DNA of 39,304 bases. Origin: an uncultured Rhizobium sp. GTDB taxonomy: Bacteria; Pseudomonadota; Alphaproteobacteria; SHVZ01. The translations under genes were made by a program, and so were the position numbers. Under the pieces are notes generated by a model that had not been told where the DNA came from, did not search any database, and worked only from the letters and a program-made list of their open reading frames with translations. This document shows, one piece after another, positions 17,392-26,677 of this stretch (its first letter is position 1; each line of letters opens with the position of its first letter). The stretch spans positions 1 to 39,304 of the forward strand of contig CAZDGR010000003.1 of assembly GCA_964504845.1 (NCBI GenBank), written 5' to 3'.

Positions 17392-19608
17392 ATGCCCGAC
17401 ACCCGCGATCCCGCGCAGCCCGTTGTCCATGCTGACGCCGAGGACATCTGCACCAACATCAGCGCCAACCCGACGCTCGCCGAGATCGTCGGCGAGCGAC
17501 TGGAAAACCCGTCGCGACGCGGCCTGTTGAAGGGCGCGGCGATGACCGCCGCCCTGTCGTTCGTCGGCATGGGTGCAACCGTCGCTGCCGCTGCAGCGCA
17601 GGCGGCCGTGGCGCGTCCCGCACGCCTCGGCTTCAACGCAGTGGCCAAGAACCTCGCCGATGCCGTGACGGTCCCCGAGGGCTACACCGCCAAGGTGCTG
17701 CTGCGCCTGGGCGATCCGATCGCCGCCAACGTCCCCGCCTACAAGAACGACGGCAGCGATTCCGCGGCAAGCTTCGCCTTCCGCGCCGGCGATCATCATG
17801 ACGCGATCCATTATTTCGGCCTGGATTCGAATGGCCGCCCGGCCCCGTCCGGCAGCGTCCGCGCCCTCCTGGTGCAGAACCATGAGGCGATCACGCCGAT
17901 GTTCCTGCATCCCACCGGGGTCACCACGTCGGGCAGCGGCGCGGCTCAGGTCCGCACCGCGCCGGACGAGGTCCTTCGCGAGTACCTCGTCCACGGCGTG
18001 TCCGTCGTCGAGATCGCGCGCGATGGCAACGGCCAGTGGGCCTACAAGCAGGACTCGCCGTTTAACCGGCGCGTCCACACCCTGACGGAGATGGCGATCT
18101 CGGGACCGGCCGCGCATACGCCCTACATGGTCACCAAGTACTCGCCGACGGGCTCGCACACCCGCGGCACGATCAACAACTGCGCGAACGGCTACACGCC
18201 GTGGTCGACCTATCTCACCTGCGAGGAAAACTGGGCGGGCTACTTCCGGCGCATCGCGGCGACCGACGACCCGAAGCGCACGGCGAAGGAAATCGCGTCC
18301 TTCAAGCGCAACGGCGTCGCCGGCAACGGCCGCGAGCTGTGGGCGACCGTGACGCCGGACACGCCGGACGGCCTCTATGGCCGCTGGAACGCCGAGGCCG
18401 TCGGCGCGAACCCGGCCGAGGACTATCGCAACGGGCCCAATACCTATGGCTGGGTGGTCGAGATCGATCCCCCCGATCCCAACTCCATGCCCCGCGAGCG
18501 CACGGCCCTCGGCCGCTTCGCGCATGAGGGTGCCTGGCTGGCGTCGCCGCGCGCCGGACGTCCGCTCGTCTGGTACTCGGGCGACGATTCCCGCGGCGAG
18601 TACGTCTACAAGTACGTGTCGAACGCCAACTGGGATCCGGCGGACGCCTCGCGCGGCCTTGCGGCGGGCGACAAGTACCTCGACAGCGGCAAGCTCTACG
18701 CCGCGAAGTTCAACGCCGACGGCACCGGCGAATGGCTCGAGCTGCGCTTCGGCAACGAGCGCATCAACGCCAGTACGCCGGGCTATGCCTTCGCCGACCA
18801 GGCCGACGTGCTGATCAATGCGCGGCTCGCCGCCGATGCGATGGGGGCGACCAGGATGGACCGGCCCGAATGGGGCGCCGTCGATCCGGTCACCGGCGAA
18901 GTCTACATGACGATGACCAACAACAACGCTGCGCTCCGGCCGCTCGCGAAGCTGGATGCGGCGAATCCCCGCCACTACAACGACGCCAAGACCAACGGCT
19001 CGGCGCAATGGGGCAATCCCAACGGGCACATCATCCGCTGGCGGGAGAACGGCGACGATGCGTCGGCCACCGCCTTCCGCTGGGACATCTATCTGTTCGC
19101 CGCGCGGGCTGGCAAGGATCCGAAGAACATCAACCTGTCGGAGCTCTCGGGCGACAACGACATGTCGAGCCCCGACGGGCTGTGGTTCTCGAACGCGACC
19201 AAGATCTGCTGGGTACAGACCGACGACGGCGCCTACACCGACGTCACCAACTGCATGATGCTCGCGGCCCTGCCGGGGCGGGTCGGCGACGGCGGCCAGC
19301 GCACCATCGCCAGCACCGATGCGAACGGCGCGGTCCGCGAGGTCGCAACCCATGTCGGCGCGCCCGCCGGCGACAAGGTGCGGCGCTTCCTGGTCGGCCC
19401 CAGGCAGTGCGAGATCACCGGCGTGACCGAGTCCCCCGATGGCCGCGCGCTGTTCGTCAACATCCAGCACCCCGGCGAAGACACCAAGCCGGCCGACATG
19501 GGCAATCCGAGCGCATGGCCGAGCCACTGGCCCGATGGCGGCACATCCCGGCCGCGCTCGGCGACCATCGTCATCACCAGGAACGACGGCGGGGTGATCG
19601 GCGTCTAG
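17392..19608 (+). CDS. phoX: PhoX family alkaline phosphatase (DUF839), Tat-exported
   Basis: 738 aa. Twin-arginine motif 'SRRGLLKGAAMTAA'. 'NNCANGYTPWSTYLTCEEN' is typical of PhoX. Sits next to the pst operon. Confidence 0.9.
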   Translation: MPDTRDPAQPVVHADAEDICTNISANPTLAEIVGERLENPSRRGLLKGAAMTAALSFVGMGATVAAAAAQAAVARPARLGFNAVAKNLADAVTVPEGYTAKVLLRLGDPIAANVPAYKNDGSDSAASFAFRAGDHHDAIHYFGLDSNGRPAPSGSVRALLVQNHEAITPMFLHPTGVTTSGSGAAQVRTAPDEVLREYLVHGVSVVEIARDGNGQWAYKQDSPFNRRVHTLTEMAISGPAAHTPYMVTKYSPTGSHTRGTINNCANGYTPWSTYLTCEENWAGYFRRIAATDDPKRTAKEIASFKRNGVAGNGRELWATVTPDTPDGLYGRWNAEAVGANPAEDYRNGPNTYGWVVEIDPPDPNSMPRERTALGRFAHEGAWLASPRAGRPLVWYSGDDSRGEYVYKYVSNANWDPADASRGLAAGDKYLDSGKLYAAKFNADGTGEWLELRFGNERINASTPGYAFADQADVLINARLAADAMGATRMDRPEWGAVDPVTGEVYMTMTNNNAALRPLAKLDAANPRHYNDAKTNGSAQWGNPNGHIIRWRENGDDASATAFRWDIYLFAARAGKDPKNINLSELSGDNDMSSPDGLWFSNATKICWVQTDDGAYTDVTNCMMLAALPGRVGDGGQRTIASTDANGAVREVATHVGAPAGDKVRRFLVGPRQCEITGVTESPDGRALFVNIQHPGEDTKPADMGNPSAWPSHWPDGGTSRPRSATIVITRNDGGVIGV

Positions 19609-19612
19609 CGGG

Positions 19613-20287
19613 ATGCGGCGGAGAAGGGCGTTGCACGCCTTTCTCCTCGCCTGCCTTGCGCTTGCCGCCGCGGCGCCTCATGCCCTCGGGCAGGATGCGC
19701 TGCGCGGCAAGCGGCTCTACCACGAAGTCGGCCGTCTCAGCGGTGCGGGTGCCAGCTGCATCGACTGCCATGGCGGCCTGCCCGGAGGGCTGCACGGAAT
19801 CGGCCGCGTCGCAGACGATCCTGCCCGGATCGACTACGCGATCGGCGCTGTCACGCAGATGACGCCGCTGCGCGGACGACTCTCCCGCCAGGACATGGCC
19901 GACCTCGCCGCCTATGTCGCCCGGCCGGGCGTGGCCAGCCCCGTACCGCGCGTGGCAACGTCCGGTTCCGCGTCGATGCCTTACGTGCCGGATCGCCTCG
20001 AGTTCGCCGGCGCCGCCACCGGAATGGTCCGGCTTTCCAACGCCGGGGCGGTTGCCTTGCGTCTCGACGCCGGCCCAGCTCTCGCAGGCGAGCACGTCGC
20101 CCAGTTCGCCATCGCGGAGGCGACCTGCGCCGAGGGCCTCGTCCTCGGCGAGGGCAAGTCCTGCACGGTGACGATCGCGTTCGTCCCCGACGCCGGACCG
20201 GGCCCGCGCGTCGCCGTCCTGCGGCTGGCGCATGACTGGATCGGCGGGGGTACCAGCATCCCGCTGATCGGCCGTCTGGCCCCCTGA
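19613..20287 (+). CDS. Secreted mono-haem c-type cytochrome domain fused to an Ig-like (ASH / choice-of-anchor-D-like) domain
   Basis: Signal peptide MRRRRALHAFLLACLALAAAAP. CxxCH haem motif 'CIDCH' at nt 19757-19771. Possible axial Met in 'TQMTPL'. The C-terminal half has the 'LGEGKSCTVTIAFVP' pattern. Starts 4 nt after the phoX stop. Confidence 0.7.
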   Translation: MRRRRALHAFLLACLALAAAAPHALGQDALRGKRLYHEVGRLSGAGASCIDCHGGLPGGLHGIGRVADDPARIDYAIGAVTQMTPLRGRLSRQDMADLAAYVARPGVASPVPRVATSGSASMPYVPDRLEFAGAATGMVRLSNAGAVALRLDAGPALAGEHVAQFAIAEATCAEGLVLGEGKSCTVTIAFVPDAGPGPRVAVLRLAHDWIGGGTSIPLIGRLAP

Positions 20288-20350
20288 TTCCCGGGGCCCC
20301 GCGAGGCTGCGACAAGCGGCCTCGCCGGGGGAACCGGGCGGCCGGCCGGA

Positions 20351-20390
20351 CCGTCATATCGGTGTCATGAAACTGTGACATGACTGTCTC
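20351..20390 (+). promoter_or_regulatory. Two tandem Pho boxes (four 7-bp half-sites at 11-bp periodicity) upstream of pstS
   Basis: CCGTCAT-atcg-GTGTCAT-gaaa-CTGTGAC-atga-CTGTCTC. A -10-like TAGGAT lies at 20401-20406. The E. coli/Rhizobiales consensus half-site is CTGTCAT. Confidence 0.75.
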
Positions 20391-20452
20391 GGGTGGTGAC
20401 TAGGATCGGCTCCGGCCCCTCGATACGCGAGAGGCAGGACAAGGAGAATCCC

Positions 20453-21490
20453 ATGAAATTCCTCAAGAAAACGCTTCAGCTGAGTGCCGCTGCGGCGCTC
20501 CTGGCCGTTTCGACTGCCCAGGCCGCCGACATCTCTGGCGCCGGCGCGACCTTCCCCTACCCGATCTACGCCAAGTGGGCGGACGCCTATAAGAAGGAGA
20601 CCGGCATCGGTCTCAACTATCAGTCGATCGGCTCGGGCGGCGGCATCAAGCAGATCCAGGCGAAGACCGTGACCTTCGGCGCCTCCGACGCGCCGCTGAA
20701 GGCGGAAGAGCTCGACAAGTCCGGCCTGATCCAGTTCCCGATGATCATGGGCGGCGTGGTGCCGGTGGTGAACGTGCCGGACGTCGCCGCGGGCTCGCTG
20801 ACCCTCGACGGCCCGACGCTCGGCGACATCTACATGGGCAAGATCGCCAAGTGGAACGACGAGCGGATCGCCAAGCTGAACCCGGGCGTGAAGCTGCCGT
20901 CGACCGCGATCGCCCCGGTCTATCGCTCGGACGGCTCGGGCACCAACTTCCTGTTCACGACATACCTCTCGGAAGTGAACCCGGCGTTCAAGGACAAGAT
21001 CGGCGCCAACGCCTCGGTGCAGTGGCCGGTCGGGATCGGTGCCAAGGGCAACGAAGGCGTCGCCGGCATGACGCAGCAGACCCGTGGCGCCATCGGCTAC
21101 GTCGAGTACGCCTATGCCAAGCAGAACAAGATGAACGCGGTGAAGCTCATCAACAAGGACGGCAAGACCGTCGAGCCGAAGAGCGCGACCTTCCAGGCCG
21201 CCGCCGCCGGTGCCGACTGGGCGAACTCGAAGGGATACTACGTCATCCTCACCAACCAGCCGGGCGCGGACAGCTGGCCGATCACCGGCGCCAGCTTCAT
21301 CCTGATGTACAAGGAGCCGCAAGACCCGAACACGGCGAAGGAAGCGCTGAAGTTCTTCGCCTGGGCCTACAAGAACGGAGCCAAGCTCGCCGACGAGCTC
21401 GACTACGTGCCGATGCCGGACCCGGTCGTGAAGCTGGTCGACCAGACTTGGAAGTCGACGATCAAGGCCGGCGGTCAGCCGCTCTGGTAA
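20453..21490 (+). CDS. pstS: Phosphate ABC transporter substrate-binding protein
   Basis: AAGGAG ribosome-binding site 6 nt upstream of ATG 20453. Signal peptide followed by 'GAGATFPYPIYAKWA'. Confidence 0.95.
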   Translation: MKFLKKTLQLSAAAALLAVSTAQAADISGAGATFPYPIYAKWADAYKKETGIGLNYQSIGSGGGIKQIQAKTVTFGASDAPLKAEELDKSGLIQFPMIMGGVVPVVNVPDVAAGSLTLDGPTLGDIYMGKIAKWNDERIAKLNPGVKLPSTAIAPVYRSDGSGTNFLFTTYLSEVNPAFKDKIGANASVQWPVGIGAKGNEGVAGMTQQTRGAIGYVEYAYAKQNKMNAVKLINKDGKTVEPKSATFQAAAAGADWANSKGYYVILTNQPGADSWPITGASFILMYKEPQDPNTAKEALKFFAWAYKNGAKLADELDYVPMPDPVVKLVDQTWKSTIKAGGQPLW

Positions 21491-21523
21491 GCCGCTAGCC
21501 GGATCCTGTGAACACGCCCGGGA

Positions 21524-21545
21524 CCGGGCCTTCCCAAAGGCCCGG
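21524..21545 (+). other. Intercistronic hairpin between pstS and pstC
   Basis: CCGGGCC-ttcccaaa-GGCCCGG. No U-tract follows, so it may be a processing/stability element or a partial terminator. Confidence 0.4.
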
Positions 21546-21577
21546 GCCCGGGCGATCCTTTATCAGAGACATGCGAG

Positions 21578-22579
21578 ATGACGACGACCACGGCCCAGCC
21601 CAGAACGGACTTCGACGCGCGGGCCGCTGCCGTCAACGCGATCGCCGAGCGCGGACGCCGGCAGGACAACATCTTCCGAGGCGTGGCGCTTGCCTCCGCG
21701 CTGGCCGTCCTCCTGGTCCTGGGTGGCGTGATCGTCTCGCTCTTCGTCGGCGCCTGGCCGGCGATTCGCGAATTCGGTCCGGGATTCCTGGTCACGGAGA
21801 CCTGGAATCCGGTCACCAACCGGTTCGGCGCGGTGGCGCCGATCTACGGCACGCTGATCACCTCGGCGATCGCGATGGCGATCGCGGTGCCGATCGGCTT
21901 CGGCATCGCCGTCTTCATCACCGAGATCTGCCCGCCCTGGGCGAAGCGGCCGCTCGGCATCGCGATCGAGCTCCTGGCCGGCATTCCGTCGATCATCTAC
22001 GGCATCTGGGGACTCTTCGTCTTCGCGCCGTTCCTGCAGCATCACGTGCAGCCGATCCTGATCGAGACCTTCGAGGACGTGCCCGTCCTCGAGGCGCTGT
22101 TCCGCGGTCCGCCCTACGGCATCGGCATCCTCACCGCCGGCCTGATCCTGGCGATCATGGTGCTGCCCTTCATCACCTCGATCACCCGCGACGTGTTCGA
22201 GACCGTGCCCGCGATGCTGAAGGAGTCCGCCTACGGCCTCGGCGCCACCACCTGGGAAGTCGTGTGGAACGTCGTGCTGCCCTATACGCGCATCGGCGTC
22301 GTCGGCGGCATCATGCTGGGCCTCGGCCGGGCGCTCGGCGAGACGATGGCGGTCACATTCGTGATCGGCAACGCGCACCGGATCTCGGCCTCGCTACTGG
22401 CACCCGGCACCACGATCTCGGCCGCGATCGCCAACGAGTTCACCGAGGCCGTCGGCGACATCTACACCGCCTCGCTGATCCTGCTCGGCCTCATCCTCTT
22501 CGTCATCACCTTCGCTGTGCTGGCGGCGGCCAAGCTGCTGCTGCTGCGCGCCCAGGCGCGGGCAGGGGGTGGACGATGA
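21578..22579 (+). CDS. pstC: Phosphate ABC transporter permease
   Basis: 333 aa polytopic membrane protein in the canonical position after pstS. Confidence 0.92.
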   Translation: MTTTTAQPRTDFDARAAAVNAIAERGRRQDNIFRGVALASALAVLLVLGGVIVSLFVGAWPAIREFGPGFLVTETWNPVTNRFGAVAPIYGTLITSAIAMAIAVPIGFGIAVFITEICPPWAKRPLGIAIELLAGIPSIIYGIWGLFVFAPFLQHHVQPILIETFEDVPVLEALFRGPPYGIGILTAGLILAIMVLPFITSITRDVFETVPAMLKESAYGLGATTWEVVWNVVLPYTRIGVVGGIMLGLGRALGETMAVTFVIGNAHRISASLLAPGTTISAAIANEFTEAVGDIYTASLILLGLILFVITFAVLAAAKLLLLRAQARAGGGR

Positions 22580-23430
22580 CGCTCTACCAGCGGCGCAAGC
22601 TCGCCAACCGCGTGGCGCTCGGATTCGCCGGCGCCGCCGCGGCGGTCGGCCTCTTCTGGCTCGCTTCCATCCTGTGGATCCTGGTCGCCAAGGGCGTCGC
22701 CGGCCTCGATCTGCAGCTGTTCACCGAGATGACGCCGCCTCCCGGCAGCGACGGGGGCCTTCTGAACGCGATCTTCGGCAGCTTCGTGATGACGCTGGTG
22801 GCGATCGTCGTCGGCGCGCCGGTCGGCATTCTCGCCGGCACCTATCTCGCCGAATATGCGCGCTACGAGAAGGGTGCGCGGATCGGCGAGGTCGTCCGCT
22901 TCGTCAACGACATCCTGCTCAGCGCGCCCTCGATCATCGTCGGCCTCTTCATCTACGAGGTGATGGTGGTCCGGATGGGCCACTTCTCCGCCTGGGCCGG
23001 CGCGATGGCGCTCGCGGTGATCGCGGTCCCGGTGGTTCTCCGTACCACCGACGACATGCTGACGCTGGTGCCGGCGGGCCTGCGCGAGGCGGCCGCCGCG
23101 CTCGGCGCGCCGCGCTGGAAGGTGGTGGTCACGATCTCCTACCGCGCCGCCGCCAGCGGCATGATGACCGGCGTGCTGCTGGCGGTCGCGCGCGTCTCGG
23201 GCGAGACCGCGCCGCTCCTGTTCACCGCGCTCAATAACCAGTTCTGGAGCGCCAACATGAACGCGCCGATGGCCAACCTTCCGGTGGTCATCTTCCAGTT
23301 CGCGCTGAGCCCCTACGAGAACTGGCAGCACCTAGCCTGGAGCGGGGCGCTGGTGATCACCGCGACCGTGCTGTTGCTGAACATCATCGCGCGCGTGCTG
23401 GCCGCACGCAGCAGATCGAACGGGGATTGA
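22576..23430 (+). CDS. pstA: Phosphate ABC transporter permease
   Basis: Starts at ATG 22576 ([12 protein letters not shown]..) with an ATGA overlap with pstC. It is the real part of the long ORF 21508..23430. Confidence 0.92.
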   Translation: MTLYQRRKLANRVALGFAGAAAAVGLFWLASILWILVAKGVAGLDLQLFTEMTPPPGSDGGLLNAIFGSFVMTLVAIVVGAPVGILAGTYLAEYARYEKGARIGEVVRFVNDILLSAPSIIVGLFIYEVMVVRMGHFSAWAGAMALAVIAVPVVLRTTDDMLTLVPAGLREAAAALGAPRWKVVVTISYRAAASGMMTGVLLAVARVSGETAPLLFTALNNQFWSANMNAPMANLPVVIFQFALSPYENWQHLAWSGALVITATVLLLNIIARVLAARSRSNGD

Positions 23431-24281
23431 CGGTGGAGCAGACGATGACCGCGCCGCAGCAGCGACGGGAGATCAAGATCGAGACCGCGCTCGGCGACCG
23501 TCCGAAGGCGGAAGGCGGCGAGGCCCCGGCCGAGAAGATCACGATCCGCGACCTCAAGTTCTTCTATGGCGACCGCGAGGCGCTGCACGGCATCTCGCTG
23601 CCGGTCTATGCGAAGCGGGTAACCGCCTTCATCGGCCCGTCGGGCTGCGGCAAGTCCACGCTGCTGCGCGTGCTCAACCGCATGTACGACCTCTACCCGA
23701 ACCAGCGGGCCGAGGGCACCGTGCTGCTCGACGGCGAGGACATCCTCGCGAAGAGCAAGGACGTGAACCTGATCCGCACCAAGATCGGCATGGTGTTCCA
23801 GAAGCCGACGCCGTTTCCGATGGCGATCTACGAGAACATCGCCTTCGGCATCCGCCTCTACGAGAAGCTGTCACAGGCCGAGATGGACGCGCGCGTCGAG
23901 TCGGCTCTCCGGAAAGCGGCGCTGTGGGACGAGGTGAAGGACAAGCTCAAGGCGAGCGGCCTCTCGCTCTCGGGCGGCCAGCAGCAGCGGCTCTGCATCG
24001 CGCGTGCGATCGCGGTGAAGCCGGAGGTGCTGCTGCTCGATGAGCCGGCCTCGGCGCTGGATCCGATCTCGACCGCCAAGATCGAGGAGCTGATCGGCGA
24101 GCTGCAGCGCGACTACACGATCGCCATCGTCACCCACAACCTGCAGCAGGCCGCCCGCGTCTCCGACCACACGGCATTCCTGTTCCTGGGCAACCTGGTC
24201 GAGTTCGGGCCGACCGACACGCTGTTCACGCGGCCCAAGGACAAGCGGACCGAGGACTACATCACCGGTCGTTTCGGCTGA
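23427..24281 (+). CDS. pstB: Phosphate ABC transporter ATP-binding protein
   Basis: Walker A 'GPSGCGKST', signature 'LSGGQQQRL', Walker B 'LLLDEP'. Start is either TTG 23427 or ATG 23445. Confidence 0.95.
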   Translation: MTVEQTMTAPQQRREIKIETALGDRPKAEGGEAPAEKITIRDLKFFYGDREALHGISLPVYAKRVTAFIGPSGCGKSTLLRVLNRMYDLYPNQRAEGTVLLDGEDILAKSKDVNLIRTKIGMVFQKPTPFPMAIYENIAFGIRLYEKLSQAEMDARVESALRKAALWDEVKDKLKASGLSLSGGQQQRLCIARAIAVKPEVLLLDEPASALDPISTAKIEELIGELQRDYTIAIVTHNLQQAARVSDHTAFLFLGNLVEFGPTDTLFTRPKDKRTEDYITGRFG

Positions 24282-24316
24282 GTCCCCGCTGCCTGTTTCG
24301 CGGGCTCCCAGCCTGA

Positions 24317-24331
24317 TTGTGCAGCGCACAA
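24317..24331. promoter_or_regulatory. Perfect palindrome TTGTGC-agc-GCACAA in an AT-rich spacer after pstB
   Basis: Read directly from the sequence. A related half-repeat, cATTGTGCgcgGCAC, lies at 24368-24382. A TTGAAA-N17-AATTAT promoter-like element lies between them (24338-24366). Confidence 0.35.
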
Positions 24332-24431
24332 ATTTCCTTGAAATCCATTCCGGAACAACTAATTATTCATTGTGCGCGGCACGCTAAGAATGCCGACGCG
24401 GAGGGGACTCCCACCTTGCAGGAGACAGGCA

Positions 24432-24659
24432 ATGTGGCCCTATACCCACGATGAATCCCACTGGCTGACTTCGGATCCGGCGGCTCGCCCGGTGCCGCTT
24501 TACGAGCTGGAGGTCGCCGCCCGGCGCTATCGGGCGCGCGTGATCGCCGGCTGGCTACGAAGCGCCTTCTTCGGCCTCCGCCGGACGGCGCGCGCCGCGC
24601 TCTATCGCGGCCGCAAGGTCGACGGCCCGCCGCCGAAGAACGCCGTCGGCGCCGACTGA
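24432..24659 (+). CDS. Small hypothetical protein (75 aa)
   Basis: GGAGA ribosome-binding site 7 nt upstream of ATG 24432 (MWPYTHDESHW...). The upstream part of ORF 24372 lacks a ribosome-binding site. No family recognised. Confidence 0.4.
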   Translation: MWPYTHDESHWLTSDPAARPVPLYELEVAARRYRARVIAGWLRSAFFGLRRTARAALYRGRKVDGPPPKNAVGAD

Positions 24660-24804
24660 TCTAAGGGCTTCGGGTCACTTGCCGCCGTCGCGCGACCTCG
24701 CCCATCCGGCGCGACGTACGGCAGGTTGGCCCGGAATGCGCGCTGGACCGATCTGCCGCGGTGAGGCGGGGGTTCGGTCACGGGCGCGTGCGTCACCTCC
24801 GGCG

Positions 24805-25581
24805 CTAAAGATCGAACAGCTTGCCCTGGTCGACTTTGACCGTGTTGCTCGGGCCCGGCTTCGGCTTCTTCGGGGGGCGCGGAGGCCTGGGCGGAGGGTC
24901 CGGCTTCTCCGGTCCCATTGTCCAGTCGTCCCGTTCCATCGGCTTCAGCATCGCCTTCAGCTGCTCGGGCGTGGCAGGTTCCTCGCCAGGGACCCTCTCT
25001 CCAAGCCATCCCCCGATGTCCTTTTGCTCCAGGACAGCCGGCATGCGGTCTGTGATCGGGGTAATCAGCCGATTGGCTGCCGTGGTCACCATGACGTAGG
25101 CGAGATAGGTCATTCCGCCTTCGGTCGTGAAGCGATCCCAGATCACGGCAATCGCGGCGGGCTTCCTGTCGCCGGGCGTCAGGACGTATTGCCTGGTCTT
25201 GCTCCCAACCTCTTCGCCCTCGTTGAAGGTCCGGGCAAGCAGGACGCCCCGGCGCCCTTCCAGAAACGCCGTCTTGAAGGTCTTGAGCTGGTCGATTGTC
25301 TCGGCTCGGGCATGGACGATCAGCGACGGGCGACGGCCCGGTTCCGGCTTGCCCGGCTTGTCAAAGCCCCAGCGCATGCGGACAAGGCGGCGTCGGCCCA
25401 GGTCGTCGATGACCATGATCCGCCCCATGCGGAACGGCGTGCTCGTCTCGACCCGCTCGTCATCCGGTCCACCGTCCCCGCCTTCGGTGCTGACGTTTAC
25501 CTCGTCTCCGGGCTCGACGTGGATGTTGTAGAGCCGAACGAGCGTGGCCCAGCTCATCTGCTGAGTGAACTTGCCGCACAT
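24805..25581 (-). CDS. SOS-response-associated peptidase (SRAP; YedK/HMCES family) with a Pro/Lys-rich C-terminal tail
   Basis: Starts 'MCGKF' (catalytic Cys2). Has 'VTTAAN...DRMPAVLE'. The tail reads 'PEKPDPPPRPPRPPKKPKPGPSNTVKVDQGKLFDL'. Confidence 0.88.
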   Translation of the reverse strand: MCGKFTQQMSWATLVRLYNIHVEPGDEVNVSTEGGDGGPDDERVETSTPFRMGRIMVIDDLGRRRLVRMRWGFDKPGKPEPGRRPSLIVHARAETIDQLKTFKTAFLEGRRGVLLARTFNEGEEVGSKTRQYVLTPGDRKPAAIAVIWDRFTTEGGMTYLAYVMVTTAANRLITPITDRMPAVLEQKDIGGWLGERVPGEEPATPEQLKAMLKPMERDDWTMGPEKPDPPPRPPRPPKKPKPGPSNTVKVDQGKLFDL

Positions 25582-25585
25582 CGGG

Positions 25586-25888
25586 CTAGTCGCGCTTCAG
25601 TATGAAGACGGCGCAGAACTGCCTTAGATGCTCGGCCGTCTCGAAGTGGAAGGACACCACATCGCGGAAGCCTTCCCGCCGCTCGATCCTGCCGGACGCC
25701 GTGGTGTAGCCGTTGGCGCCGAACTTGCCGTTGGCCCATTCCAGCATGGCGGCGTGACGACGCTCCCAAGCCCTGTTGTCGTCCTGCCCGTTCGCGTTCG
25801 TGCCGCCAAGCAGGTCCACCTTGTGGGAGAACCTGGCGAGCTTCGCGCGGAGGCGACTGCGGGCGGAATCGTGACTGCTCCGGACCAT
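25586..25888 (-). CDS. Hypothetical protein (100 aa), first gene of the SRAP operon
   Basis: Its stop lies 4 nt upstream of the SRAP ATG. Coding-like composition. No family recognised. Confidence 0.5.
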   Translation of the reverse strand: MVRSSHDSARSRLRAKLARFSHKVDLLGGTNANGQDDNRAWERRHAAMLEWANGKFGANGYTTASGRIERREGFRDVVSFHFETAEHLRQFCAVFILKRD

Positions 25889-26021
25889 GCCGAAGCCTGC
25901 CGCAGAGGCATGGCTCGCTCAACCGGCTAGAGGTTGAAAATCCGCGCCGCCATCTTCGTTGCGATAGGATAGGGACAATGAATCCGGTCAATTCGCCGAA
26001 GCAACGCCCAATCCAGGCGCC

Positions 26022-26627
26022 ATGAGCGACCGGCCTTCGACCGCCGGGTATGCCGAGGAGGCGGACAAGCTCGCCGAGACCTACGAGAGCCTGACCTTCG
26101 AGAAGGTCCACCGGCGCGGCCTGCCCTTCGTTCCGGCGGCGCCGTCCGCGGTTCTCGACATCGGCGCGGGCACCGGCCGCGACGCGGCGGCGCTGGCAAG
26201 GCTGGGGCACAGGGTCACGGCGGCCGAGCCGACGGCGGAGATGCGCGCCCATGGCAAGCGCCTCCACGCCGACGTCGCGATCGAGTGGGTCGACGACATC
26301 CTGCCGGGCCTGCGCCGGATCTTCGCGCTCCATCGTCGCTTCGACCTCGTGCTGATGACCGCGGTCTGGATGCATCTCGATGCGTGCGAGCGTCGGATCG
26401 CGATGGCCAACGTCGCCGACGTGATGGCGCCGAACGCGGCACTCCTGATGACGCTCCGCCACGGCCCGGTGCCGGAAGGGCGCCGCATGTTCGAGGTCTC
26501 GGCCGAAGAGACGCGCGACCTCGGCCGGCGGCATTGCCTTGCTTGCGTCCATGAAGGCACCGGCAACGACGCGCTTCGCCGCGACGGCGTAAGCTGGACC
26601 TATCTCGCCTTCCGAAGGACATCATGA
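26022..26627 (+). CDS. Class I SAM-dependent methyltransferase
   Basis: Motif I 'VLDIGAGTGRDAAALA'. 201 aa. Confidence 0.85.
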   Translation: MSDRPSTAGYAEEADKLAETYESLTFEKVHRRGLPFVPAAPSAVLDIGAGTGRDAAALARLGHRVTAAEPTAEMRAHGKRLHADVAIEWVDDILPGLRRIFALHRRFDLVLMTAVWMHLDACERRIAMANVADVMAPNAALLMTLRHGPVPEGRRMFEVSAEETRDLGRRHCLACVHEGTGNDALRRDGVSWTYLAFRRTS

Positions 26628-26677
26628 CGGACCTGCCATGCGAGCGCGTGCACCAGGAGATGCCGTGAGCGGTCGCG

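Noticed and set aside
17239-19527. 762-aa ORF antisense to phoX
   Set aside because: phoX has a Tat signal and family motifs. The antisense translation is low-complexity (R/A/G/V).
24372-24431. N-terminal extension of the small ORF (start at 24372, MRGTLRMPTRRG...)
   Set aside because: It starts inside the AT-rich promoter-like spacer without a ribosome-binding site. ATG 24432 has GGAGA at a proper distance. Even the shorter ORF is low-confidence.
25889-26021. LexA (GAAC-N7-GAAC / GTTC-N7-GTTC) box upstream of the SRAP operon
   Set aside because: I searched both orientations by eye and found no match. Only a GATAG-GATAG repeat and a GAAT...ATTC inverted repeat of unclear meaning are present.
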